From Candidatus Moraniibacteriota bacterium (GTDB lineage: Bacteria > Patescibacteriota > Minisyncoccia > Moranbacterales > UBA11712), in assembly GCA_030679895.1 (NCBI GenBank), contig JAUXSN010000039.1, forward strand, positions 34,128-98,127: a stretch of DNA of 64,000 bases, read 5' to 3'. The position numbers were made by a program, and so were the translations under genes. Below, piece after piece: positions 47,690 through 56,935 of the stretch. The notes below the pieces were generated by a model. That model made no database searches. It saw only the letters and a program-made list of their open reading frames with translations, and was not told the origin of the DNA. The number at the start of each line of letters is the position of its first letter. Within the stretch, counting starts at the first letter, position 1.

Positions 47690-48070
47690 CTATTTATCGC
47701 TATCTGAAACCAGCATTTTGTCGGCTGATATCATAAGAACAATTGAAAGGGCCAGGACGATCAATATTTGCCAAATCTTCATTTTATAAAGGCTTAGCGC
47801 CAGCATAACCAAGACGACAAATAAAATAATATTCAGCAAGTTGCGCGAAATTGCCCGGAACTTAATATTTTCTCTGGCGGGATATTTTTTCCCCAGCCAG
47901 GAAAAAATCAGTCCCAAAATCAAAATGATAACCAGAAAATATTTAGGATTAAAATGAGAGCTTACGATTCCCGGCAGCACCAGTTCCGGAATGAGCAGTA
48001 AAAAATAGGTTATGATAAAAGTGATAAGTAAGTCTCTGGTGATTTTATATAAAAATTTTTCCAGTGTCAT
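47690..48070 (-). CDS. Small four-TM membrane protein
   Basis: 126 aa, hydrophobic. Confidence 0.7.
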   Translation of the reverse strand: MTLEKFLYKITRDLLITFIITYFLLLIPELVLPGIVSSHFNPKYFLVIILILGLIFSWLGKKYPARENIKFRAISRNLLNIILFVVLVMLALSLYKMKIWQILIVLALSIVLMISADKMLVSDSDK

Positions 48071-48088
48071 AAAAAGATATTATGAAGA

Positions 48089-49081
48089 TTATTTTTGTAT
48101 GTAGCGGTTAAGAATCGAAGCGAAAATTGTCCTGATAGTGTCTTTGATTGTTGCGTATGATTTCGCAGGTCTGAAATTGATAAGAGCATTATTAATGTGG
48201 ATATTTTCCACCAAACAGACGTCCTGATACTCAAGAGTGAATAAATAATATTTTCCGAGCGCTACAGGAAGGTTATCCGCATAAAAAGCGCATTTTATAT
48301 TTCCATTAGTATAATCCTTTGCTGAAATCTGGCATTGAGAGCGGTTGGCCGGAGTTATGTCATTTACGGGTATCGAATAATGTTCCGGCCATGCCTTATC
48401 CATAAAATTCGGATCAGTAATCAAGCGTTTTTGTCCGTTGAGAATGAGATAAAACGAGTGCGTTGGAAAACTTTCGAAAATAATTCCGTCCGGATGAGGA
48501 AGTGTCCAAAGAAAAACTCCCTCGTCCGCTTCCGGATATTGGTCGATCACTGATTGATCAACGTCAACCATATAATCAAAACCGTATCCAAAGGCGAGCA
48601 GTATTTCCGGTCCCGGAAAAAGGATTTTTTTGCCGTGGCTGATGAGAAAAACTCGATCCGTCGGCTTATTATGAAGCAGTGTCCCGTTGGAATATTTTGT
48701 GGAGTTGTCGATGTAGAGTAAATTTCTCAATTCATCCTGGCTGTTTATATCCGGTCCGGCGGGATAGAGAAAGGCCTGATAAGTTCTTTCGAGCGATACA
48801 ACAGGTAAATTTTCTTTACAAGATTTCTTCTCAGTCTTCTTCAGGTTCACATCCAGATTTATAATATTATTTTTCTTGAGGGGAAAAACACCGAACGAAA
48901 GTTCATTGGCGCCGGTGTCTTTTCGGATATCAAATTTGGAAAGTTTCGGCTGGCCGCTCAAATAAGCGAATTTTTCAACTGGGAAAAAGACAAGATAAAG
49001 ACCGACAATCACCACAACGACAGGAATCAGATAGATTAATATTCTTATAATTTTATAAATCTTACCAAGTGATGCTTCCAT
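48089..49081 (-). CDS. Membrane-anchored hypothetical protein
   Basis: 330 aa; N-terminal TM; GTL/DG..Y.I..G.KR repeats like those of the amidase tail. Confidence 0.7.
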   Translation of the reverse strand: MEASLGKIYKIIRILIYLIPVVVVIVGLYLVFFPVEKFAYLSGQPKLSKFDIRKDTGANELSFGVFPLKKNNIINLDVNLKKTEKKSCKENLPVVSLERTYQAFLYPAGPDINSQDELRNLLYIDNSTKYSNGTLLHNKPTDRVFLISHGKKILFPGPEILLAFGYGFDYMVDVDQSVIDQYPEADEGVFLWTLPHPDGIIFESFPTHSFYLILNGQKRLITDPNFMDKAWPEHYSIPVNDITPANRSQCQISAKDYTNGNIKCAFYADNLPVALGKYYLFTLEYQDVCLVENIHINNALINFRPAKSYATIKDTIRTIFASILNRYIQK

Positions 49082-49221
49082 GGCCTCATGTTAGCTAATT
49101 AGTCCGGTTTCTGTCAAAGATTAAGCGGCTCGAAAAAATAAACTTTTCGGCTTTCCAAAAAAAACTTTGCCTTTTCGTTATTTTTTAGTATAATTAAATC
49201 AAGAACAAAGAACAAAAGAAT

Positions 49222-50484
49222 ATGGGAATATTCTCGAAAATTTTTAGGCGGCGCGGGGCAGGCCATGCGTTGGCTTTGGATATTGGAACCGAAGTGGTCA
49301 AGGCTTTGATTTTTAAGATTGACGAAGAATCAGAGAAAGGGATTGTGGCCGGCGTGGGGCGGGCCCGGCAGCGCCTGGGCGATATGCAATCAGGGGCGGT
49401 GAGCGATATTTCAGGGGTTGTCAGTTCCTGCGAAGAAGCTATCGCAAAAGCGGAAGAGATGGCGGGAGCCAGGAGGGTGGAACAAACGATTATGGGAATT
49501 GCCGGAGAATTGGTCAAGGGTTCAACAACCACCGTTCATTACGAGCGCTTAAAACCGGAAATCAGGATTGATCTTCCGGAACTTAAAAATATTATTCAAA
49601 AGGTCCAGTGGAAAGCTTTTGACCGCATTCGCCAGCAGTTAGCCTGGGAAACAGGACACAGCGAAATTGATGTAAAGCTGATCAACGCCGCGATCGTGGA
49701 TGTGCGAATAGACGGTTATCGGGTGACAAATCCTCTTGGATTTCAGGGAAGGGACGTTTCTATCGGAGTTTTTAACGCTTATGCGCCGATGGTTCATCTG
49801 GGCGCTCTTCAAAAAATTGCCGAGGAACTCGATCTTGATCTCTTAAGCATTGCCGCCGAGCCTTACGCGGTAGCAAGATCTATGGGACTGGAAAATACCG
49901 TTGATTTTAGCGCTATTTTTATCGATGTGGGAGGAGGAACGACCGATATAGCGCTGGTCAGAAATGGAGGCCTTGAGGGAACGAAAATGTTCGCGCTGGG
50001 AGGAAGAGCTTTTACCAAGCGTTTGGCCCAGGAGCTGAATATCAGTTTTGAAGAAGCGGAGCAGCTGAAAATAAGGTACGGCCGGGGAGAAACGGGAAGG
50101 GACGTCAGCGCGAGAATAAACAAGCTGCTCGAGGAAGATTGCCGGGTATGGCTGGACGGGATAGAGCTTTCTTTGAGCGAATACGCGGATTCCGACTTAC
50201 TGCCGAATAAAATTCTTCTTTGCGGAGGAGGATCGGCGCTGCCGGGGATCAAAAACGCCCTTCTTGACAAGGCATGGCTAAGAAACCTCCCTTTTTCAAA
50301 AATTCCTTCGATAAGTTTTCTTCAGCCGAAAGATGTTGTTAATATCCAGGATACCACGGGGCTTCTCCGGGATCCGCAGGACGTTACTCCTATGGGACTG
50401 GCCAATCTTGCTCTTGATTTGGTAGGAGAAGAAAAAGTCTTATCGAGTATGCTCCGCCGGGCGGTTAAAATGATGCAAAATTAA
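49222..50484 (+). CDS. FtsA-like actin-fold ATPase
   Basis: ALDIGT, IDVGGGTTD, AEQLK, LCGGGSALPG; no adjacent ftsZ. Confidence 0.85.
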   Translation: MGIFSKIFRRRGAGHALALDIGTEVVKALIFKIDEESEKGIVAGVGRARQRLGDMQSGAVSDISGVVSSCEEAIAKAEEMAGARRVEQTIMGIAGELVKGSTTTVHYERLKPEIRIDLPELKNIIQKVQWKAFDRIRQQLAWETGHSEIDVKLINAAIVDVRIDGYRVTNPLGFQGRDVSIGVFNAYAPMVHLGALQKIAEELDLDLLSIAAEPYAVARSMGLENTVDFSAIFIDVGGGTTDIALVRNGGLEGTKMFALGGRAFTKRLAQELNISFEEAEQLKIRYGRGETGRDVSARINKLLEEDCRVWLDGIELSLSEYADSDLLPNKILLCGGGSALPGIKNALLDKAWLRNLPFSKIPSISFLQPKDVVNIQDTTGLLRDPQDVTPMGLANLALDLVGEEKVLSSMLRRAVKMMQN

Positions 50485-50488
50485 AATC

Positions 50489-52450
50489 ATGTCTCACAAA
50501 ACAATCTACATTGATATAGACGAAGAGATAACTTCTGTTATCGACAGGATGAGGAAAGCCGAGGCCGGCGAGGTGATTATTGTCGCTCCCAAAAGAGCTT
50601 TGCTTTTGCAGAGCCTGGTTAATTTAAAACTGCTGAAGAAAGAAGCTGATCGTCGGAAAAGGCGTATTATGATTGTGACCCAGGACAAGATTGGAAAAAA
50701 ACTGATAGAAAAGGCGGGAATACTGGCTCATGGCAAAGTTGATGATTCGATGGCAGACAATGGCGAGACAGAAGAACCGGCGATAAAAGGAAAACAGCTG
50801 ATTAAAAATCAGGAATTGATTGAAAACATTGAAGGCGAGCAGGAAGAAGAACCTGTCGGGTCGGACAGCTATTTTGACGAACCCTTGAAAACGGAGGCGA
50901 GCCGGGAAGCTGCCAGTCCCGGAGAAGGATTGAAAAACAGCAATATTGACAAGATTCAATTTGAAATTCCCGCTTTTGAAAAAACAGAAAATATCCAATC
51001 CAAAAGCGCGAAAAGGGACAGCGCAAGAAAGGTAAAAGATCGCGGAAAACCTGATAAATCCGTGCAAATGTCGGATATTGTCGCCGGCTCCAAACCAAAA
51101 TCCAAAAGAAAAGAAGAAAATATCGTGGAAAAAAAAGATGAGGAAAATTATGAAACTGAAAAAACGCCTTTGGGATCCGGACAATTTTATAAAAAATCAG
51201 GCCATGATCCGCATTTCGAGAATCAAACGGAAAAGTTTTTCAGCGGAACCTCGATTATGAAGGAGACAGTTTCCCGCCGAAAAGCCGGAAAATTAAACGA
51301 AAGAAGGCTCAAAGGCAAAGTTGGCCGGTACTTTGTTTTTTTCGCCATAGCCATCGTTGTTTTGGGCGGCCTTGCTCTTGCGTACTATTACTTTCCGAAA
51401 GCGAAAATAACGCTTTATTTAAAGAGCCAGGTAAAAAGCAGTTCCGTTGATATCGAGGCGAGCCTTTCAGCGGCTGGAGTCAAAGGAGAAGAAGGAATAG
51501 CGCCGGCAAAACTGGAACAGCTGGAAAAAGAAAAAAAGGAAGAATTCAACGCCACGGGAAGCAAAAACGGCGGCGGGAAAGCAATCGGAAAAGTGGTAAT
51601 ATATAATGATTTTAGCGCGGATAACCAGCCCCTTGTCAGCACTACCCGCCTGGAAACGGCTGATGGGAAAATATTCAGAATCACCAAATCAATCATTGTT
51701 CCCGGAATGACAAAAGTTGGAACGGAAACGAAGTCCGGGGCAATCGAAGTTGATGTCGTGGCTGATAAAGCCGGGCGCGAATATAATATCGATCCGGCCG
51801 ATTTCAAAATACCGGGCTTTAAGGGCGGACCGAAATTTGATAAATTTTATGCCAGATCCGCGAAAGCCATGACTGGCGGATCAACCGGAGAAACACCACT
51901 TGTATCATCCCAAGATATCAGCCAGGCGAAAGAAAAAATAATCGCGGAGGCTAAAGAGGAAGCTATCCGGGATTTGAAACAAAGCCTTCCGGCCGAAAGA
52001 AAAATTTTTGATGATTCGGTGGTTGTGGAGCTGGAAAGCGCGGCTCCTTCAGCAGCCGCGGGAACGGAAACAGATAAGTTTTTTTATACCGTTAAAGTAA
52101 GAGCGAAAACCATTTCTTTTTCAGAAGATGATGTGAAAGAAATAATCAGAATGAAAACAGATGAAAATCGGGAAGGAACGATTAGTTTCAAAACCCCCCT
52201 GAATTACATGCTTTCGGAGGAAAATCTGGAAAAAGGATACGTGAAATTTGAAGTAAAAACGGATCTGGAAACAGCCGGTGACATTGATCTTGAAAATTTC
52301 AGGAAGGGAGTGCTGGGAAAGAATTCAGATGAAATAGCGTCTTTTGCCAAGGCGTACCCGGCCGTTTTGAAAGCAGACGTAAGCTTCTGGCCTTTTTTCA
52401 CCACTCGCGCGCCGATGAATGAAAAGAGGGTGGAAATTGAGATAAAATAG
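50489..52450 (+). CDS. Bitopic membrane protein with a baseplate-J-like extracellular region
   Basis: N-terminal alpha/beta domain, charged linker, one TM, then KA.G.V.IYN...V.A...G..YNI...GG motifs. Confidence 0.7.
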   Translation: MSHKTIYIDIDEEITSVIDRMRKAEAGEVIIVAPKRALLLQSLVNLKLLKKEADRRKRRIMIVTQDKIGKKLIEKAGILAHGKVDDSMADNGETEEPAIKGKQLIKNQELIENIEGEQEEEPVGSDSYFDEPLKTEASREAASPGEGLKNSNIDKIQFEIPAFEKTENIQSKSAKRDSARKVKDRGKPDKSVQMSDIVAGSKPKSKRKEENIVEKKDEENYETEKTPLGSGQFYKKSGHDPHFENQTEKFFSGTSIMKETVSRRKAGKLNERRLKGKVGRYFVFFAIAIVVLGGLALAYYYFPKAKITLYLKSQVKSSSVDIEASLSAAGVKGEEGIAPAKLEQLEKEKKEEFNATGSKNGGGKAIGKVVIYNDFSADNQPLVSTTRLETADGKIFRITKSIIVPGMTKVGTETKSGAIEVDVVADKAGREYNIDPADFKIPGFKGGPKFDKFYARSAKAMTGGSTGETPLVSSQDISQAKEKIIAEAKEEAIRDLKQSLPAERKIFDDSVVVELESAAPSAAAGTETDKFFYTVKVRAKTISFSEDDVKEIIRMKTDENREGTISFKTPLNYMLSEENLEKGYVKFEVKTDLETAGDIDLENFRKGVLGKNSDEIASFAKAYPAVLKADVSFWPFFTTRAPMNEKRVEIEIK

Positions 52451-52460
52451 CGATTGGGGG
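52407..52460 (+). repeat. 54-bp direct repeat, left copy (3' end of gene)
   Basis: Matches 59237-59290 with one mismatch. Confidence 0.95.
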
Positions 52461-52546
52461 GCTGGTTTTGCTCATCGCGATAAGCAGATAATTGCTTGTT
52501 TAATGATACTATAAAGTTATAGAAATCATCATTTTTAACGAAAAAT

Positions 52547-53572
52547 ATGAAAACTCAAGAAACAATCAAAAAAATCGAAGAATCGAGAGGGTCAAGAGTT
52601 GTAACCTATGTCACCAGCGATCGGCAAGGGCCGGTGAATGCCCGGGTGGCAATGGATATTATTCCAATTATCAGTAATCAACTGCGGAAAATTGGAAAGC
52701 AAGACAAGATTGATTTGGTGCTGTATAGCTCCGGCGGCGACACGATGGTGCCGTGGCGCTTGGTTTCTATGATCCGCGAGTATTGCGACCACTTTTCGGT
52801 TCTCGTGCCATATAAGGCTCACAGCGCCGCGACAATGATCGCTTTGGGTGCCGATGAAATAGTAATGAGCGATATGTCCGAACTCTCGCCGATTGATCCC
52901 TCAACCGCCAATGTTTTCAATCCCGTCGATCCACAAAATCCGCAAAACAGAATTCCGATCAGCGTGGAAGATGTTATGGCATATTTCGATCTGGCAAAAA
53001 ACAAATTCGGAATCAAAAGCGATGAGGAATTGACGGAAATATTCAAAAAATTTATCGACAGCAATCCTTCAATTCATCCTCTGGCTCTCGGAAATGTCAA
53101 TCGCACGCATAATCTGATCAAAATTCTCGCGAAGCGACTCTTGAAAAGCCATAAGGCGCCGATGAAAGAGGATGAGATTGAAAAAATAATTGAATTCTTA
53201 ACGGAAAAACTTTATTCACATCAATATTATATTGGTCGCAAAGAAGCTAAAGATGATCTTGGAATAAAGTCCGTTGTTTTCGCGGACAAAGAACTTTCTG
53301 ATCTGATGTCGGAACTTTATGAGGAATACAAACAAGAAATGAAAATGACAGAAATCTGGAATCCGGAAACAGAACTCGGCGAAAATCAGGTGATGAACAA
53401 GAAAGTTTACAAAATCGCTTATGTCGAGAATGCGGAAATCAGCAATTATTTTGAGGTAAATATGGAATTTAAGAAAGTTCAACAAAACGTTGCCCAGCAA
53501 ACTACAATAGGCCCAATAAATATCCCGCAGGAGCAAATTGTGTGGAGAATGATTGGGCAGGGGTGGAAATAA
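52547..53572 (+). CDS. SDH-family Clp-fold serine protease
   Basis: YSSGGD, AHSAATMIALGADEI, LSPIDP, YSHQY. Confidence 0.85.
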   Translation: MKTQETIKKIEESRGSRVVTYVTSDRQGPVNARVAMDIIPIISNQLRKIGKQDKIDLVLYSSGGDTMVPWRLVSMIREYCDHFSVLVPYKAHSAATMIALGADEIVMSDMSELSPIDPSTANVFNPVDPQNPQNRIPISVEDVMAYFDLAKNKFGIKSDEELTEIFKKFIDSNPSIHPLALGNVNRTHNLIKILAKRLLKSHKAPMKEDEIEKIIEFLTEKLYSHQYYIGRKEAKDDLGIKSVVFADKELSDLMSELYEEYKQEMKMTEIWNPETELGENQVMNKKVYKIAYVENAEISNYFEVNMEFKKVQQNVAQQTTIGPINIPQEQIVWRMIGQGWK

Positions 53573-53670
53573 AGGAAAAAGGGCTGGACAGAAAAAACGA
53601 GAGTGATATAATATCACTATATCACTATGATATCATGCGAAAATCCTCTAACAATTAACATTTTATATCT

Positions 53671-54144
53671 ATGAACTATAATTTTACTATCTATTCGGAC
53701 CAAGAAAAATTATCCACGACCTCTAATATAAGCAATGGCGGGTGGGTTAATCTTAATCTTGGATATCTGCCTATTTCCATTGGAGATCGCGTCGAAGCGG
53801 CTTATGTGGCTAAAGTCGAAATAAATACAAGCTCCACTTTGGATGATGACAACACCACAAATAATATCGGTAGTTATGAAAAAATCGAAAGTGCGTTATT
53901 AAATAACAGCAATACTTTTTTTGAGAACGATTTTTTCCCCAGCTTTGTATACGGAGTCAATTATTCTTGGGATAATAACAAGCTTCTAAATTTTGATTTA
54001 ACTGAGATCGAAAAAATAGATATTTCTTGTGCCAGCGATTTGCAAGATAGAGGCAATTATGTTCGTTTTATCCTTGGAAAAAGTAATAATTCTTTGCAAG
54101 CTGCTTTGAAGTTTTGTCGGATTCCTTTTTGGATTCATAAATAA
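53671..54144 (+). CDS. Hypothetical protein (Asn-rich, AT-rich)
   Basis: 157-aa ORF co-oriented within the island. Confidence 0.5.
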   Translation: MNYNFTIYSDQEKLSTTSNISNGGWVNLNLGYLPISIGDRVEAAYVAKVEINTSSTLDDDNTTNNIGSYEKIESALLNNSNTFFENDFFPSFVYGVNYSWDNNKLLNFDLTEIEKIDISCASDLQDRGNYVRFILGKSNNSLQAALKFCRIPFWIHK

Positions 54145-54161
54145 AATTAAAACATAAATAT

Positions 54162-54851
54162 ATGGAGCCTACAATTAAAAAAATACAAACGGCGATCTTT
54201 ATTAAGAATTTTCAGATTCAGAATGAGTATGAAAAATCTAATTTATTACTTGATTCAAAAGAAAAAATTGGTGATATTTTTGATGGTCAGCCAATCTTAA
54301 TTCCTGCACCAAACGAAATGCCGCCTGAAATTCCGAGGATTGTTTTAAATAGCGCTGATAATTTGTTTTCATGCAATATCGCTCTGAATCGAACTGATAT
54401 TTTTTTTAATTCTGCTAATAGCAAAGAGAAAGATGTAAATATCATATTGGAAAAACAAAAAACAAATTCCCTTAGAGTATTTGATTTTCTGAAAGAAAAA
54501 AACGTTATCATAAATAGAATTGGTTTCGTTGTTGATGTTGAGTATGCAATTGAAAATGCCATAGAATTTTTGAAGGCAGAATTCATTAATGAAAATAAGT
54601 TTGAAAGTCCCAAAGAACTTTCATTTAGATATAATAGAAGTAGTATTATCGAGGAAATTAATATTCCGATGAATAATTTGGTAACCGTGTCAGGAAAAAA
54701 TGATAGCAATGTTATTCAAATTCAACTTGATATCAATACTGTTTCCGAAATTATGAGTTCGAGTGATTTTTCAAAAGAATATTTTGATAAGATAATTACA
54801 TATTCGGAAAATAAAATAAATTCTATTATTAAAGAATTTCCTAATTTATAA
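54162..54851 (+). CDS. TIGR04255-like hypothetical protein
   Basis: P..MPPEIPRI, INRIGF and LDINT motifs. Confidence 0.55.
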   Translation: MEPTIKKIQTAIFIKNFQIQNEYEKSNLLLDSKEKIGDIFDGQPILIPAPNEMPPEIPRIVLNSADNLFSCNIALNRTDIFFNSANSKEKDVNIILEKQKTNSLRVFDFLKEKNVIINRIGFVVDVEYAIENAIEFLKAEFINENKFESPKELSFRYNRSSIIEEINIPMNNLVTVSGKNDSNVIQIQLDINTVSEIMSSSDFSKEYFDKIITYSENKINSIIKEFPNL

Positions 54852-54853
54852 AA

Positions 54854-55366
54854 ATGGCTGATCAAAAAAAGAAGAGGAAAACTTCTACGGTTGAAGAAGA
54901 GCCATCTCCCTCACAGACTCCACAAGCAGAAGATTCTTTGCAGGTTTTAGCGTATGAATTAGCCAAGAAAACAAAGGAAGATTTTGACGAATTTAAAATA
55001 AACTCGAAAAGCCCAGAATGGGCTCAAAAATTAATAGATTCTCAACTCAGTTTGCAGAGGGTTATGAGAATTATTTTTTGGTTATTTTTTACTTTTTTAG
55101 TGTTTGTAATAATATCTTTTATTCTCTTTTCTGTGTTCGAGCTCAATAATCTACTTAATGTCCTGGAATATATTAGAGATAGTAAAAGAATGGAACAAAG
55201 CGATGAAATATTAAAACAGTATAATCAATTATTTTTTTATTGCAAAAGCATTACGACTTTCTTCGCATCAGTAATCGGAACTCTTGGAATTATTGGCTTT
55301 TTTATTTTTATATTCACAAAAGTTTCCGAAAATTTAACAAAAAATATTATTAATAAAGATAAATAG
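54854..55366 (+). CDS. Two-TM membrane protein
   Basis: Two hydrophobic segments; stop codon overlaps the mod start. Confidence 0.65.
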   Translation: MADQKKKRKTSTVEEEPSPSQTPQAEDSLQVLAYELAKKTKEDFDEFKINSKSPEWAQKLIDSQLSLQRVMRIIFWLFFTFLVFVIISFILFSVFELNNLLNVLEYIRDSKRMEQSDEILKQYNQLFFYCKSITTFFASVIGTLGIIGFFIFIFTKVSENLTKNIINKDK

Positions 55367-56934
55367 TGCCCACACTAAACTGGATCGGCAAGGAAGCGGT
55401 TGTGAATCATGACAAAGAAGTTCCGTTCAAGCTTCTTCGGAAAGTGAAATCCGCTTCGGTCGGTGAAAATTCGCAAAACTTGATTATGCACGGGGACAAT
55501 CTTGAGGCGCTGAAAGCCCTCATGCCTTTTTATGTTGAAAAAATAAAATGCATATACATTGATCCGCCATATAATACCGGAAATGAAAAATGGGTGTATA
55601 ACGATAAATTAAATTCTCCGAAAGTCAAAAAATGGATAGGAAAAGTCGTCGGGAATGAAAAAGAAGATTTGAGCAGGCATGATAAATGGTTATGCATGAT
55701 ATATCCACGATTAAAATTACTAAAGGATTTACTTAAAGAAGATGGGGTTATATTTATTTCCATTGATGACAATGAACACTGCAATCTTAAACACGCAATG
55801 GATGAAATCTTTGGGGAGGAAAATTTTGTTTGCAATATAATCTGGCAAAAAAAATACTCACCTCAAAATGATGCTAAATATTTCTCTAATATGCACGACT
55901 TTATAGTTGTTTACGCAAAAAAGAAAAATACCAACGGATACATTGGTGGTTGGACAAGAAATCTTATGAATAGAAGCGAGAAGCAAAATGCGAGATATAA
56001 AAATCTCGATGACGATCCAAGGGGAATTTGGAAACCAAGTGATTTATCAGTAAAAACATATTCAGCTTCGACGGATTATCCTATAAAAACTCCAAGCGGA
56101 AGAATTGTTAATCCACCGGCGGGATATTGTTGGCGCGTAACGAAAGAAAAGTTTGAAGAGATGGTAAAAGATAATCGCATATGGTTTGGAAAAGAAAAAA
56201 GCAATGTTCCATCAATCAAACGATTTTTATCTGATGTTCAGCAAGGAATCGTTCCAAGCACAATTTGGTTCAGAGAAGATGTCGGAGATAATCAAGAAGC
56301 AAGCAAAGAAATAAAAGAATTATTCAAGGATTCTGATTTTCCATTTGAAACACCGAAGCCAGTTCGACTGATAAAGCGTATCATTGAAATAGCCTCACAA
56401 AATGGCGATATTTTTCTAGATTCTTTCGCCGGCTCTGGCACAACCGGACACGCGGTTTTAGATTTGAATAAGGAAGACGGCGGGAATCGAAAATTTATTT
56501 TAGTTGAAATGGAGGATAAAGTCGCGAAAGATATTACTGCCGAAAGAGTGAAAAGAGCGATCAAGAAATACGATTATAAAGACGGTTTTGAATATTGTGA
56601 ATTGGACAAGCCGCTGTTCAACGAACACGGAAATATTGAAGGGACGTGCGACTTCAGCCAATTCGCGACCTATATTTATTTCACCGAAACGCAGACAAAC
56701 ATCGACAAGAAAAAAATCAAAGGCAATCTTGTCGGAGAATATAACAATGTTGATTATTATTTGATCTATAAAGGAAAAAATAAAAATGTTTTGGACAAAG
56801 CATTTTTGAAAAAAATAAAGAAAAGCGAGAATAAAAAAGTCATCTATGCAGATTGGTGTTCGATTGACGATGATATTTTGGAAAAATACAATATTGAGTT
56901 CAAGCAAATTCCTTATGAAGTAAAAGTTTATTAA
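55366..56934 (+). CDS. mod: Type III R-M DNA methyltransferase
   Basis: GDNLEALK, YIDPPYNTG, TPKP, DSFAGSGTT. Confidence 0.92.
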   Translation: MPTLNWIGKEAVVNHDKEVPFKLLRKVKSASVGENSQNLIMHGDNLEALKALMPFYVEKIKCIYIDPPYNTGNEKWVYNDKLNSPKVKKWIGKVVGNEKEDLSRHDKWLCMIYPRLKLLKDLLKEDGVIFISIDDNEHCNLKHAMDEIFGEENFVCNIIWQKKYSPQNDAKYFSNMHDFIVVYAKKKNTNGYIGGWTRNLMNRSEKQNARYKNLDDDPRGIWKPSDLSVKTYSASTDYPIKTPSGRIVNPPAGYCWRVTKEKFEEMVKDNRIWFGKEKSNVPSIKRFLSDVQQGIVPSTIWFREDVGDNQEASKEIKELFKDSDFPFETPKPVRLIKRIIEIASQNGDIFLDSFAGSGTTGHAVLDLNKEDGGNRKFILVEMEDKVAKDITAERVKRAIKKYDYKDGFEYCELDKPLFNEHGNIEGTCDFSQFATYIYFTETQTNIDKKKIKGNLVGEYNNVDYYLIYKGKNKNVLDKAFLKKIKKSENKKVIYADWCSIDDDILEKYNIEFKQIPYEVKVY

Positions 56935-56935
56935 T

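Noticed and set aside
50489-52450. Prophage or contractile injection system
   Set aside because: No other phage, tube or sheath genes; the protein is membrane-anchored and paired with an FtsA-like gene
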